Source: a virus
Taxonomy: Duplodnaviria > Caudoviricetes
Direction: 5' to 3' (one strand)
Length of the DNA stretch: 36,544 nt
IMG/VR virus record: IMGVR_UViG_3300042997_000106
Location: 1-36,544 of that record
Every line of letters starts with the position of its first letter. Position 1 is the first letter of the stretch. The notes below the pieces were generated by a model. It searched no databases and was not told the origin of the DNA. It worked only from the letters and a program-made list of their open reading frames with translations. Positions 8,067 through 17,950 of the stretch are shown here, piece after piece. Made by a program: the position numbers and the translations under genes.

Positions 8067-8646
8067 AAATAAGTTTTTTAATTTGGTTAATAATTTCATC
8101 TTTTTTATTTTGTTTGCTTAATTCTTTTTTAGTTTCTAATTTGTCGGCAAAATATCCTTCCAAACTTAGTCCTTTTACTTTTCCTGTTTTAACGTAGTCA
8201 TTCCATATTTCATCATTCTCAACTTTTACTGAAGCCATCCAAGTACCAACAGGAACACTTAAATTATAGATTGCTGATTTGTCTTTTGCTACATCCTCAA
8301 CTATCCAACTTTCAACTACGGTTAAACCTTGTATTTCTTTTCCGTGTTCTAATGTCCAGTTGTTTTGGTTACCATTTTTAAAAAATAATTGACTTGCTTT
8401 ATTTACTGTATCTTTTGAAAAATAAATATAATATTCATCTTCACCATTTCTACGATAAATTGGTTTTTCAGGAATTAAAACCGCACCCATTAAAATACGT
8501 TTTTCAGTATCTACTTGTGCAAGTTTTATTTCTTCTGTTTTAAGTGCTACAAAGTTTGATTCAATAGCAGGATTTTCTACAACTGAAATAGCTTCAACAC
8601 CACTTAAATCATCTTTTTCATCTATAATAAGTTCTATTAAATTCAT
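8044..8646 (-). CDS. Prohead protease, XkdF-like
   Basis: AISVVENPAIESNF, KRILMGAVLIP, LEH, ESWIVED, GTWM, GLSLEG motifs. Confidence 0.8.
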   Translation of the reverse strand: MNLIELIIDEKDDLSGVEAISVVENPAIESNFVALKTEEIKLAQVDTEKRILMGAVLIPEKPIYRRNGEDEYYIYFSKDTVNKASQLFFKNGNQNNWTLEHGKEIQGLTVVESWIVEDVAKDKSAIYNLSVPVGTWMASVKVENDEIWNDYVKTGKVKGLSLEGYFADKLETKKELSKQNKKDEIINQIKKLIYESENRK

Positions 8647-8651
8647 TTTAT

Positions 8652-8679
8652 TTTAAAAATTAATTATTTATTAAATTGT
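8652..8679 (-). promoter_or_regulatory. Putative late promoter ACAA-N13-TAATTTTTAAA
   Basis: Exact motif and spacing directly upstream of the protease ATG. Confidence 0.65.
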
Positions 8680-8703
8680 TTTATGTAAACAAATTTGTTT
8701 ATA

Positions 8704-10674
8704 CTACCCAAGTGAAGCGTTTGTTACTATGTTTCTATCTAAACTTTGTTGAGTAGTTACATTTGATGCTACTACATAAGCCTGAACAGGTTGTTGACTG
8801 CCTAATGTTTGAGCAATTTGGTTTACACCGCTATTGCCTACTACATTAAATTGAGGAGCAGCAGCAGGAGCACCACCACCGCCACCTGTATCACCACCGC
8901 CACCCCCAGCAGAACCACCGCCTAAACCTTTTAAACCTTTTGCAGTAGCAGCTAAAACAGATGCAATACTTATACCCATTTTAGCATATAAAACAGCAGA
9001 AGTACTTAAACCAAATACACCTTTTGTAGCTACCTCTTTAGACGAACCTACATTTGTATTGGCTATAATTTGTGCAATAGATAAAGCACTATTTGCTAAT
9101 AAAGCAGCTTTTTGAATCCCTTTATTTTTTTCACCTAAACCACCTAATATGGCAACTAAACCTTGTGCCGATTCTATTGCTATGTTATTGATATTTTTTC
9201 TTGCTTCTTCCGCAGCTAATTTATCAGCGGTTATTTTATCTTCAATTACTTTTTTATCGTCAGCTAATTTTTGAGCATCAGCTTTTGCTTTTTCATCATC
9301 TGCTAATTTCTTTTCAGCATCTTCCGCATCAAACTTATCTTGTAACTCTTTTTCTTTTGTACGTTGTGCCTCTTTTAATGCGGTTGTATCTAAACCATAT
9401 TTTGTAGCTTCTTCAATTAATAATCTATATTCTTCCTGTACTTGTCTTAATTGTTCTGCTCTACGTTCTGCCTCTGTATCAATTTCACCTTGTCTAATAC
9501 GTTCTAAAGCATCAGCTTTATCTTTAGCTGCTTGTATTTCTTTATCGTTATTTTCTTTTGTTTTTGCTTTGCTATCTTTAGCTGCTTGATTGTCTATGTT
9601 TTTAACAGATAATTGTAAACCATCCCTATCGCTTTTTAGTTTTGCTAATGCTTTTCTTTGTTCAGCTACAACTTTATCACCTTGCTCTTGTGTTTCTTTA
9701 GGATCAAAAACAAATGAAGCTAAACCGCTAAATACTTTTTCCTCAAGCCCAAAATCTTTGCCTAATGCTTTACCTACTAAATCAACTGTTTTTAAAATCA
9801 TTGTTAAGGGTAAACTAACAAACTTTAAAACTCCTGCTAAAATATCTTGATTCCTTTTTGCTGCTTCAGTTTGTGCTTTTGTGGTAGCTATTGACTGCTC
9901 TATTTGAATTTCAGACGCTTTTATTATTTCATTTGTTTGCTTAATTTTCATTTGCAAAATTTCCTTTTCAGATTTTCCTTGTAATCTTAAAGAATTTTCT
10001 TGCAAAGAAAAGCTATCTAATTTATTTTTTTCTGTATCTAAATTCTTTTGAGATAGTTTGTTTAAATCTTCTTGCTCACTACTTACACCGCCTACTGCCT
10101 CTTTAATATCATCCCAATAAGCCACAACCGCACCCAATGCAAGTAATAAAACACCAATACCAGTAGCGGCTATTCCTGTTCTAATACCTGCTAAAGCGTT
10201 TTTAGCAACAGCACCCATTTGTTTAAAGCTATCTATACTTTCACCTAAACCTTGTAAACCTTGAGAAAGTGCCATAGCAGCCTGTAACCTTACCATTGTT
10301 TCTTGTAGGTTTTCACTTTGTACACCTGCTAAAGCTAAACTACCCTCAACCGCACTAAAACCACTTGCAACACCTGCTAACGAACCACTTAATGCACTAA
10401 ATTTTGCATCAGGATTAAACGCATCAGTTAACGCTTTTGCATCACCAATAGCATCTTTTAATTGACCTGCTCTTTTAGCTGCTTCAATAGCTTCTTTAGA
10501 AGTAGCACCAAATTTTTCGGAAAGTTCAGCAACGTCTGCTTGTGCTTGTCTTAATTGACTTCTTAAAGATTGAGTTGCTTTATCAGTTTGCTCAATAGAA
10601 TTAGTAATGTTATTTATTCCGCTTGTAGCACCCTGACTATTTACATCTATTTCTATTGTCTTTGTAATTGCCAT
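8704..10674 (-). CDS. Tail tape measure protein (656 aa)
   Basis: Ala/Gly/Lys-rich helical protein with hydrophobic stretches (ATGIGVLLLALGAVVAYW), coiled coils and a QAYVV C-terminal motif. Confidence 0.8.
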   Translation of the reverse strand: MAITKTIEIDVNSQGATSGINNITNSIEQTDKATQSLRSQLRQAQADVAELSEKFGATSKEAIEAAKRAGQLKDAIGDAKALTDAFNPDAKFSALSGSLAGVASGFSAVEGSLALAGVQSENLQETMVRLQAAMALSQGLQGLGESIDSFKQMGAVAKNALAGIRTGIAATGIGVLLLALGAVVAYWDDIKEAVGGVSSEQEDLNKLSQKNLDTEKNKLDSFSLQENSLRLQGKSEKEILQMKIKQTNEIIKASEIQIEQSIATTKAQTEAAKRNQDILAGVLKFVSLPLTMILKTVDLVGKALGKDFGLEEKVFSGLASFVFDPKETQEQGDKVVAEQRKALAKLKSDRDGLQLSVKNIDNQAAKDSKAKTKENNDKEIQAAKDKADALERIRQGEIDTEAERRAEQLRQVQEEYRLLIEEATKYGLDTTALKEAQRTKEKELQDKFDAEDAEKKLADDEKAKADAQKLADDKKVIEDKITADKLAAEEARKNINNIAIESAQGLVAILGGLGEKNKGIQKAALLANSALSIAQIIANTNVGSSKEVATKGVFGLSTSAVLYAKMGISIASVLAATAKGLKGLGGGSAGGGGGDTGGGGGAPAAAPQFNVVGNSGVNQIAQTLGSQQPVQAYVVASNVTTQQSLDRNIVTNASLG

Positions 10675-10793
10675 TTTATCGTTTGTTTTAATTCTTTAAA
10701 GTTTTCGGGCATTTTATATTTTCCTTTTGCTATTGCAATAGCTTCGCTGTCATTCTTTAACAACGGTAGCATTTCTATTATAAGTTTAAGCAT
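10653..10793 (-). CDS. Small tail-region protein (46 aa, ...IAIAKGKYKMP...)
   Basis: Hand-translated ORF overlapping both neighbours; below the track cutoff. Confidence 0.55.
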   Translation of the reverse strand: MLKLIIEMLPLLKNDSEAIAIAKGKYKMPENFKELKQTIKWQLQRQ

Positions 10794-13119
10794 TTTGTAT
10801 GATTATTATTCTATCGTTTAAATTACTTTCTATTACTGCTGAACGTTTTACACCACTAACATTTGCTTTTATTGTTACATTAACATAGGTATCAAAATTT
10901 GAGATACCAGTTATAAGACTACTTGGGTCTGAATCAATAGTCCAAGTCAAAGGCTCAACTGAAACATTATCTATTTTAATAGTTTGTACTGCATTACTTA
11001 AAATTCTAAAAGTGCTATTATCAAAATCTAAACTTCTAAAATCTTGTATCAATTCAAAATCACTTTCAAACGTTGTTAAATCAGTTGTAAATTGGTTTAT
11101 AATATATCTTTTATCTCTGATTACAATTCTATCGTTTAACTTTAAGTTTAATAATTCTAAATAAGGCAAACGCATTTTAACTTTTACCATTCTTGATTTT
11201 AAAGAATAAAGATTAGTCAAATAAGCTAAATAATAAGTATTAAATAAACTGTTATTTACTAAAACAAAATCCAATGAACTTATTTCTACTCCAAAATTAT
11301 TTGTGTATCGTTGTGCAGAATTTACTATGTCCTGTCCAAAAGCATTATAAGTAGTTTGACCAGTTGAAGTTACACCATTATTAAAATGATAATTAGCAGG
11401 TAATAAACCATATCTATATAATAAAACAGGTTTTGGAATATACTTTGCTAAATCAGATTTTACAGCATAAGCTACTTGAAATTGTGTGCCAGTAAATCTA
11501 TTAAAAGCTATATTTTCAAATGGTAATTGAATTGTATAATCAGAACCATCATTAGTAAAAGTATAACTCAAATCACCATACTCCCGTTGGTTAACATCAA
11601 AGAAGTTTTTATTTAAAATATTCTCTGACTTTTGATATTTAAAATCTATTTTCTTATATGGTTTAATTCTGTTAAATTCAAAATCAGAAACAGTGTGTTG
11701 TGTAAAATCTTTTATTCCACCTAAATAATACCAATTTTCTAACTGCTCGATTGTAAAATTAATTCCATCCTCACTAAAAGCTGTAAGGTTAAAAGCCTTT
11801 AATATTCCTGTAACAAAATCAGTTACTTTTATATCAGGTGCTAGTGCGTTTAAATTTAACGTGTTAGTTGTGTTTCCTGCAACGTTATATAAATCTGATA
11901 TTACCTCTTCATTTGTGTTATCGTTTATCCATAGCTGTCTTAAAACACCTGTATAAGTTGTAGTATCAGAAGTTTGAATATAGAACTCATATACATCGTT
12001 TAAATTATCGTTACCTATTCCCCAACTAAAATTGAAAGTTGTTTGAGGTAAAAGTCCAATAGTTGAAGTGCTAAAAATAAAACTACCATTTCTATAAACT
12101 TGCATCGATGGAATAGTAGCAATATTAAAAGTCAAATCAATTTTTATTTCAGCAAAATTAAAAGGTATTAAATCAATTACTTTAATAGTATCATTTGTAG
12201 CATTTACTTGTAAGAAATCACTACTGCCAATATAAGTAGTAAAATTAACTTTACTTGGTGCTCCTAAAACATTAACTAAAGCCTGTTCATTATTCTTAAA
12301 CCAAATGTAAGCATCAGTAAATCTTTTATCGCTTAAAAAAGTTCCGCTAAATTCTAAACCATAATGGCTTTCAATAGCATTAAAAATAGTAGGTAAATTA
12401 ACAGCAGGGTATAATTCTCTATAATTTAAAGCGTGTCCATTTGTGTTTATATTATCTGTACTTGCACCAGTACCAACATTCCATATTCTATTTGAACTTA
12501 TAAAAGGAAACATAACATTTTGTGCTGTACTACTTGTAACCTTGCTTAAAACATTTGCACCTGTATAGCTAAAAGAATAATCATTCAAAGTAGAAATATC
12601 TTTTAATTTATCCTCTTTGAATTTATCTGATAATGATTTTAAATTACCATAAAAAGTAATCTTATAATCCTCTACTCTATTGTTTTTTATTGATGCTGAT
12701 TCTAACTGCCATCTACCTACTCTAAAAGTAGCTGTATCTACTTCAATATAACCATCGTATCTTAATCGTTGGTCAAAAGCATTGTCTAAACTATTTTCGT
12801 ACCAGTGTTTAAATATTTCATTATTTGTATCACTTGCAGGAATAGTAAAACTTTGAGAGTAGTCTGTAAATACTTTTGATATATCGTTTATGTTTTGAAT
12901 AGAAGATGTTAAAGAAATCTTTTCATCATCAAATAACTCAATACGTTTTGCAGTAGTTGTGTTTCCAAATGTACCACCTAAAGAATTAATAGTTTGTTTA
13001 CAGCAGTCTAAAGATTCAAATGTACCACTATCAGCAATTACCCTTGTTTTAAAGTCGTTTACTACTACATTTGTAATATTCTCATAACTTTCTGTGTATA
13101 TATATAAAGCTACTTTCAT
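10786..13119 (-). CDS. Tail tip/baseplate hub-like protein (777 aa)
   Basis: IELFDDE...DISKVFTDYSQSFTIPAS..NN motif typical of Bacteroidota phage tail proteins; adjacent to the TMP. Confidence 0.65.
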   Translation of the reverse strand: MKVALYIYTESYENITNVVVNDFKTRVIADSGTFESLDCCKQTINSLGGTFGNTTTAKRIELFDDEKISLTSSIQNINDISKVFTDYSQSFTIPASDTNNEIFKHWYENSLDNAFDQRLRYDGYIEVDTATFRVGRWQLESASIKNNRVEDYKITFYGNLKSLSDKFKEDKLKDISTLNDYSFSYTGANVLSKVTSSTAQNVMFPFISSNRIWNVGTGASTDNINTNGHALNYRELYPAVNLPTIFNAIESHYGLEFSGTFLSDKRFTDAYIWFKNNEQALVNVLGAPSKVNFTTYIGSSDFLQVNATNDTIKVIDLIPFNFAEIKIDLTFNIATIPSMQVYRNGSFIFSTSTIGLLPQTTFNFSWGIGNDNLNDVYEFYIQTSDTTTYTGVLRQLWINDNTNEEVISDLYNVAGNTTNTLNLNALAPDIKVTDFVTGILKAFNLTAFSEDGINFTIEQLENWYYLGGIKDFTQHTVSDFEFNRIKPYKKIDFKYQKSENILNKNFFDVNQREYGDLSYTFTNDGSDYTIQLPFENIAFNRFTGTQFQVAYAVKSDLAKYIPKPVLLYRYGLLPANYHFNNGVTSTGQTTYNAFGQDIVNSAQRYTNNFGVEISSLDFVLVNNSLFNTYYLAYLTNLYSLKSRMVKVKMRLPYLELLNLKLNDRIVIRDKRYIINQFTTDLTTFESDFELIQDFRSLDFDNSTFRILSNAVQTIKIDNVSVEPLTWTIDSDPSSLITGISNFDTYVNVTIKANVSGVKRSAVIESNLNDRIIIIQNA

Positions 13120-14129
13120 TATATTACATCGTTAATTAAACCATAGTTATATTCGAATTCTATTTCGTAGTTAATGTTTTTATCTTTAATGTTTGTTTTG
13201 TATTCTGAACTTTGACTTTTAACTATTACGGGTACATTATTCAATAAAACAGTTTCACTTAAAAGTAAATCTTGTATTAATTCAAAGTAATTCTCATCAA
13301 CCCAACCTGTGTTACATTTTATCTTTTGTTTACCTTGTGAATTAAATACCTTTTTTTGCCCTTGTAAGACGTTATAATTTATTGAACTAGGTAACATATT
13401 AAAATCTTTAGAAGTTACGTCTATTGAACTGCTATTAGCTTTAAAAAAGGTTAGGAACTGCCAACCACCAAATCTATTTATAAAAGTACAATTTATAGGT
13501 GTGTATTTAGGTTCGCAAAGTTGCTCTGTTTTAATTGTAAAAATATTTGTACCAATAGAATATTTTAAAATATATGGGTCGTAATCGTATGGTAGTTTCC
13601 ACATAGTAGGAACGGTAGTTGTAAAATTGTAATCCTCTTGCCCTTGCCATTGGAAATTATTACTTTCTTCTATAAATACATTTATATAATTAAAACCCGA
13701 AAATGTAGTTAGTTTTATATTTGTATTTACCAAAGGCACAACATTAGCACTTGTACTTTGATTATAACCACTTGAATATTGAGTGTAACCATTTAAGCAA
13801 ACAAAAGTTTCAGTATTTAAAAGCGTTTCAACACCAGCTACTATCTTATATCTTTTTATTTTCATATAACACCAGCAGTTAACATTTTCCTCTGTTGGTA
13901 CTGAAACAGTTACAGGTGCAATAGGTTTAATATATTCCTTTGCATAGTTTGCTACATTCCAAGCTATTAAAGTTTGTGTTTCACTTGCTATGTTTTTAGT
14001 TAAAGTATAAGTTGCAGTTGTAGGCTCGGTAGTTCCTTTATTCCATAAAAATATTTCTATCTTTGCACCTGTTTGTCCTGCCTCATCTATTTGTATAAAA
14101 TACGGACTTCTTATAAATATCTTTTTCAT
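13119..14129 (-). CDS. Distal tail (Dit-like) structural protein (336 aa)
   Basis: RSPYFI N-terminus; FINRFGGW and NTGW...LLLSE motifs; TAATG coupling. Confidence 0.55.
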   Translation of the reverse strand: MKKIFIRSPYFIQIDEAGQTGAKIEIFLWNKGTTEPTTATYTLTKNIASETQTLIAWNVANYAKEYIKPIAPVTVSVPTEENVNCWCYMKIKRYKIVAGVETLLNTETFVCLNGYTQYSSGYNQSTSANVVPLVNTNIKLTTFSGFNYINVFIEESNNFQWQGQEDYNFTTTVPTMWKLPYDYDPYILKYSIGTNIFTIKTEQLCEPKYTPINCTFINRFGGWQFLTFFKANSSSIDVTSKDFNMLPSSINYNVLQGQKKVFNSQGKQKIKCNTGWVDENYFELIQDLLLSETVLLNNVPVIVKSQSSEYKTNIKDKNINYEIEFEYNYGLINDVI

Positions 14130-14635
14130 TTCTTATTAATTGTATATTGTAAAAATTGTTCTACATCTAAACCGTATGCCTCAACTAATTCATCAGGTAA
14201 ACGTTTAAAAGCTGCTTCAAATGGTTTGGTAAAAAACAAACTTGGTTTAATTCCATTCTTTAAAATACCACCAGCAATTAAATAAGCAGTAGATTTATAA
14301 GACATAAACTTTCCTGTTTCTCTGTTCCTAAATTGAAACCTTTTTTTAGTTACCCAATCTGTAATTGGTTTTATAGGTGGTCGTTTAGTTTTATAACTAA
14401 AAGGTGTATTGTATTTCTTTTGTGTTCCACTAACTCCCTTATCCTGAAAGTTACCATAATTTTCCATTAAGAAAGCTATACGAAAACTATTAGCACCAAC
14501 TTGTATTTCTTTATCTAAACTATTATAAAGTTTCTTATCTACGTTTTTACCACCCTTTGTTAAATTACTTCTACTCTGCTGAATAACATATTTAGCAAAA
14601 TCGTTTAAGTATTTATATGTTTGTTGTGTATCCAT
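14126..14635 (-). CDS. Tail completion/neck protein (HK97 gp10-like)
   Basis: Basic 169 aa with LYNSL, YG.FQDKGV, GIKP.LFF motifs. Confidence 0.55.
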   Translation of the reverse strand: MDTQQTYKYLNDFAKYVIQQSRSNLTKGGKNVDKKLYNSLDKEIQVGANSFRIAFLMENYGNFQDKGVSGTQKKYNTPFSYKTKRPPIKPITDWVTKKRFQFRNRETGKFMSYKSTAYLIAGGILKNGIKPSLFFTKPFEAAFKRLPDELVEAYGLDVEQFLQYTINKK

Positions 14636-15058
14636 TTAGCATATAGAAATATCGTTTCTAACTAATATATCAAACGTAATAGCCCAACCTGCTAAATCAT
14701 TCTCAAAACGTTCTGTAAATGGCTCAAATGTAGGGTTACCTGTTAACTCCCAAAAATCATCCGCAATATTACCAGCATTTAATTTATTTAAAACCCTTGT
14801 GCCTAAAAGTAATTGTGTGTTCCAAATATCTATTTTATTGCTGTCATCTTTTTGATTGATTATATCCATCATTAAAAGCGTTATATTAAACGATATTACG
14901 TTACCCTGATGCGTAGCACTATTAATAATAATATGTGTCAAAGGAAACATTGTTTGCTTGTTTAAATCGACCTCAAATATATCACCCTCTGTTACTGTAT
15001 TTACAAATGGTTCTAATAATAACGCATCTTTAATTTCTTTTATAATTCTATATACCAT
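14636..15058 (-). CDS. Probable tail terminator protein
   Basis: Acidic 140 aa with FPL.H and EPFTERFENDLAGW; position in the neck cluster. Confidence 0.5.
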   Translation of the reverse strand: MVYRIIKEIKDALLLEPFVNTVTEGDIFEVDLNKQTMFPLTHIIINSATHQGNVISFNITLLMMDIINQKDDSNKIDIWNTQLLLGTRVLNKLNAGNIADDFWELTGNPTFEPFTERFENDLAGWAITFDILVRNDISIC

Positions 15059-15302
15059 TTCTTTTTAGGTTTTTAATTTCTATTTCTGTTTTTTCTTTTT
15101 CAAACATTAACCAAGTCATTAATGCTGTAATTGGTAGTTTTGTAACGGCATCAAATTTGAGAATATTTCCCTGAGCTGCTGCATAGATTGATTGATACCA
15201 ACCCCATTTTTTTCCAAAACCTGCTTCGCTTGTTCCGACTGTTCCACTTCGCTCTGTATATAATGGCTCAAAGCGTTCACGCAATCGTTGAGCAAAGTCC
15301 AA
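15048..15302 (-). CDS. -1 frameshift extension of the tail assembly chaperone (gpGT-like C-terminus)
   Basis: ORF begins inside the T9 run with only a TTG start; KWGWYQSIY...FEKEK; overlaps the next gene start. Confidence 0.65.
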   Translation of the reverse strand: MDFAQRLRERFEPLYTERSGTVGTSEAGFGKKWGWYQSIYAAAQGNILKFDAVTKLPITALMTWLMFEKEKTEIEIKNLKRNGI

Positions 15303-15790
15303 AAAAAAAGCATAGAACCTAATGCAATATCTAAAGGCATATACTTTAAAGCATCTGCATATTGATAGCTTGATTCGTATTCGTGGATAGTGTATAAGTC
15401 TTTTGTCTTTGATTTAATTGGTCTGTATAAAACAGCCATTGCTTGATGCAGTGTGTCAACATCACTTAAATAGTTTTCTAAATCAATATATTCACCAGAA
15501 GTTATATCTTCTAATTTAGGAATAAAACCAAACTCAACTCCTGATAATTTAAAAGTATTTTTTAATGGTGTTCTTTGTTGTAGTATTTTATTTAGGTGTT
15601 CTAATATTTCGTTAACATCGGTTACTTTAATTTTAGCAACGTCTTTTAAATCTATATTGCAAAATATTTCAATAGTTTTCTGATTAACGAAATCACTAGC
15701 ATCGTTATCTTTTATAAGTTTGTGGAACTTTTGATATTGAAGTAATGTAATTTCATTTAAAGAATCAGGGATATTAATATCTACTTTCAT
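15119..15790 (-). CDS. Tail assembly chaperone (gpG-like)
   Basis: Contains the slippery run ATG CTT TTT TTT TGG at 15313-15299; overlapped by a -1 frame ORF. Confidence 0.65.
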   Translation of the reverse strand: MKVDINIPDSLNEITLLQYQKFHKLIKDNDASDFVNQKTIEIFCNIDLKDVAKIKVTDVNEILEHLNKILQQRTPLKNTFKLSGVEFGFIPKLEDITSGEYIDLENYLSDVDTLHQAMAVLYRPIKSKTKDLYTIHEYESSYQYADALKYMPLDIALGSMLFFWTLLNDCVNALSHYIQSEVEQSEQAKQVLEKNGVGINQSMQQLREIFSNLMPLQNYQLQH

Positions 15791-15797
15791 ATTTTAT

Positions 15798-15825
15798 TTT
15801 AAAAATTAATTAAAATGCTAATTGT
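15798..15825 (-). promoter_or_regulatory. Putative late promoter ACAA-N13-TAATTTTTAAA
   Basis: Exact motif upstream of the tail operon, just downstream of a terminator. Confidence 0.65.
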
Positions 15826-15832
15826 ATAAAAC

Positions 15833-15859
15833 AAAAAAAGGTAGCCATTTCTGACTACC
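15833..15859 (-). terminator. Intrinsic terminator
   Basis: GGTAGTCA-GAAA-TGGCTACC + T7. Confidence 0.85.
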
Positions 15860-15888
15860 GATTTCCACCCAATTTATATTAACTAACT

Positions 15889-16113
15889 CTAAACTAATTT
15901 TAAATTTAATACCTCATACAACTCGTGTATCTTTTCTGTAAGTGTTTCATCCTGTTTGTATTTATCGTTTCCTATTTTCTTTGCACCATTTACGTTGATT
16001 TCTATTTTAACGTAATTCTTTTTTCTTTTACCCTCAAAGTAAATATCGTTTACAACTATTGGATAAATAGTTATTCCGTTATTCAGACAATTCTTTATCG
16101 CTTTTAAGTTCAC
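15889..16113 (-). CDS. Hypothetical protein (74 aa)
   Basis: GTG-start ORF inside a promoter/terminator-bounded unit. Confidence 0.6.
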   Translation of the reverse strand: MNLKAIKNCLNNGITIYPIVVNDIYFEGKRKKNYVKIEINVNGAKKIGNDKYKQDETLTEKIHELYEVLNLKLV

Positions 16114-16216
16114 GGTAAATAAGATAAAAGGTTAATAAGCAAAATGATATTTGTACTAAATGATTTTCAGTTAACATTGCAACTGATGCTGATACTACTC
16201 CTGCTATTGTTCTCAT
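16079..16216 (-). CDS. Small hydrophobic protein (45 aa, MRTIAGVVSASVAML...)
   Basis: Hand-translated; first ORF after the promoter at 16237-16297. Confidence 0.5.
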   Translation of the reverse strand: MRTIAGVVSASVAMLTENHLVQISFCLLTFYLIYRELKSDKELSE

Positions 16217-16236
16217 AATTAATTTGTTTTATGCTG

Positions 16237-16297
16237 TAAAATTACACAATTATTTTAACCTGCAAACTAATTATAAAAAAATTAACAAATATTTAAC
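16237..16297 (-). promoter_or_regulatory. Host-type promoter (-7 TAATTTTA, -33 TTTG) with GTTAA-N6-GTTAA box at 16282-16297
   Basis: TTTG-N18-TAATTTTA; box GTTAAATATTTGTTAA. Confidence 0.6.
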
Positions 16298-16300
16298 TTT

Positions 16301-16462
16301 TTAAATCTGATACATATAAGCTACGTTTAATTTAGCAACCTCATACATAGCTTTCATTTTCTTTATCTCACCTACATTTCTCGGCATAGCTATTAATACG
16401 TTTTGATTTGTTGTTAAATAGATATAACATTCTATTGTAGCTATTATTTGTCCGTATGTCAT
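16301..16462 (-). CDS. Hypothetical protein (53 aa, MTYGQIIATIECYIY...)
   Basis: Hand-translated ORF downstream of terL. Confidence 0.5.
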   Translation of the reverse strand: MTYGQIIATIECYIYLTTNQNVLIAMPRNVGEIKKMKAMYEVAKLNVAYMYQI

Positions 16463-16489
16463 TTGTCAAGTTTTTTCCATCATTTACTT

Positions 16490-17656
16490 TTAGTAAATAT
16501 AATAGTTTCCTTTGTGTGGGTTTTCTAATTGCGAAGTAATGGCGTAACGCATAGCATCTATTGCGTGGTTATAAGCATCAATAGGTTTATTAAGTTTGTT
16601 ACCTTGTTTGTCAACCATCCAAATATAGTTTTGAAGTTCATTGATTAAGTTCTTACTTCTTGATGTTATGTATATCTTATTTTGATTAATTAAATTAAGC
16701 CCATATACGATTGAATCTCTACCTTTTGATACTGGTAGTACATTATGTCCATAACTGTTTAACTCGGCTATTGATTTAGGTTCAGCACTATCAGCATATA
16801 TTACATCGGTAACATCGTTTGTTTTTAATAAGTTACTTATATCTGAATTAAGTAACCCTTTTTGGTAAATCAATTCATCAAATATATAAGCATCGTTATA
16901 TTTATACATAGCTATTAAAGAAGTAGGGTCATTTGAATATCCCCAGTCCATACCATAACATAATAATCTAGCTTCAGGTGGTAGGTTAATTTCCTGCCAA
17001 TCAGGAATACAAACTCCCTCTAGTGAACCTGTTTGACCAAGTCCATATACTTGCCACCAATTGGCCCAATAAGTTGAGGTTAATGCTTTTTCTTTTGCTG
17101 ATTCAATTTCCTTTACTATTGTATCTGATAACGCTTCATTATCTAAATAAGTTAAAGTAATGAAATCTACATCATCTTGGCTTAACAATTCTCTATCTAC
17201 CCAAAATAAACTACTCGGGTTATAATCTAACCATATCTCACCAGAAGTACGAATAGCTAATTGGTAGTAAGAATCAAAGTCAACATTGTTACATTCGTTA
17301 ACATACAAAACATTACGTCTTGCACCACGTAATTTATCTGGCTGGTCAACTGAAAAGAATTCAATATAACTACCATTACCAAATGTATATTTTAAAGTTG
17401 ACTTATTAAATTGGTTATCACTATATCTACCAAGTGCCATCATTATCTTTAAGAAGTCTTTTAACGCACCTCTACGCAAATGTGGTATTGATTCTGATAC
17501 TACACTAATTTCTAAATCAGGTGTCTTAATTGCCCTATCTATTAATATAGGTAAAATAGAAAAGGTTTTAGAAGCAGATGTACCACCTCTAACAACCTTT
17601 ATACGTTTTTTAAGACGCAATAACTTCTTTAATGCAGTAGTTACTATAAATTCCAT
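16490..17656 (-). CDS. terL: Terminase large subunit (PBSX-like)
   Basis: Walker A GGTSASKT, Walker B LYVNE, DYNP motif, nuclease GMDWGY..DP, DSAEP, NHAIDAMRY. Confidence 0.95.
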   Translation of the reverse strand: MEFIVTTALKKLLRLKKRIKVVRGGTSASKTFSILPILIDRAIKTPDLEISVVSESIPHLRRGALKDFLKIMMALGRYSDNQFNKSTLKYTFGNGSYIEFFSVDQPDKLRGARRNVLYVNECNNVDFDSYYQLAIRTSGEIWLDYNPSSLFWVDRELLSQDDVDFITLTYLDNEALSDTIVKEIESAKEKALTSTYWANWWQVYGLGQTGSLEGVCIPDWQEINLPPEARLLCYGMDWGYSNDPTSLIAMYKYNDAYIFDELIYQKGLLNSDISNLLKTNDVTDVIYADSAEPKSIAELNSYGHNVLPVSKGRDSIVYGLNLINQNKIYITSRSKNLINELQNYIWMVDKQGNKLNKPIDAYNHAIDAMRYAITSQLENPHKGNYYIY

Positions 17657-17665
17657 TATCGTTGC

Positions 17666-17929
17666 TTAAATGTCGCCTAAATCGTTTAAATCAAATATAG
17701 GCTGTTCAGTTGTTAAAGTAACATCTTTTGTTTCTCTTGGCTTTCCTGCATAGTAATTATAGAATAGTTGAGTGAATTTAAAATCACCACGTTCCAATCC
17801 TTTCTCTAATGCTGCAAAAGCTAATGGCTCTAATGGAGTTAACTTCTCAATCAATGCTACTTCTTCAAGTTTTGATTTACGACCACCAGTCTTATGTCCA
17901 CCGTTATACTTTCTTCTATCCTCTTTCAT
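17666..17929 (-). CDS. terS: Terminase small subunit
   Basis: Immediately upstream of terL; GGRK and Y.AGKP motifs; likely start 17929. Confidence 0.65.
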   Translation of the reverse strand: MKEDRRKYNGGHKTGGRKSKLEEVALIEKLTPLEPLAFAALEKGLERGDFKFTQLFYNYYAGKPRETKDVTLTTEQPIFDLNDLGDI

Positions 17930-17950
17930 ATTGAAAAAATTTATTATCAA

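Noticed and set aside
8850-8925. GC-rich low-complexity patch
   Set aside because: Encodes the Gly/Ala linker near the tape measure C-terminus.
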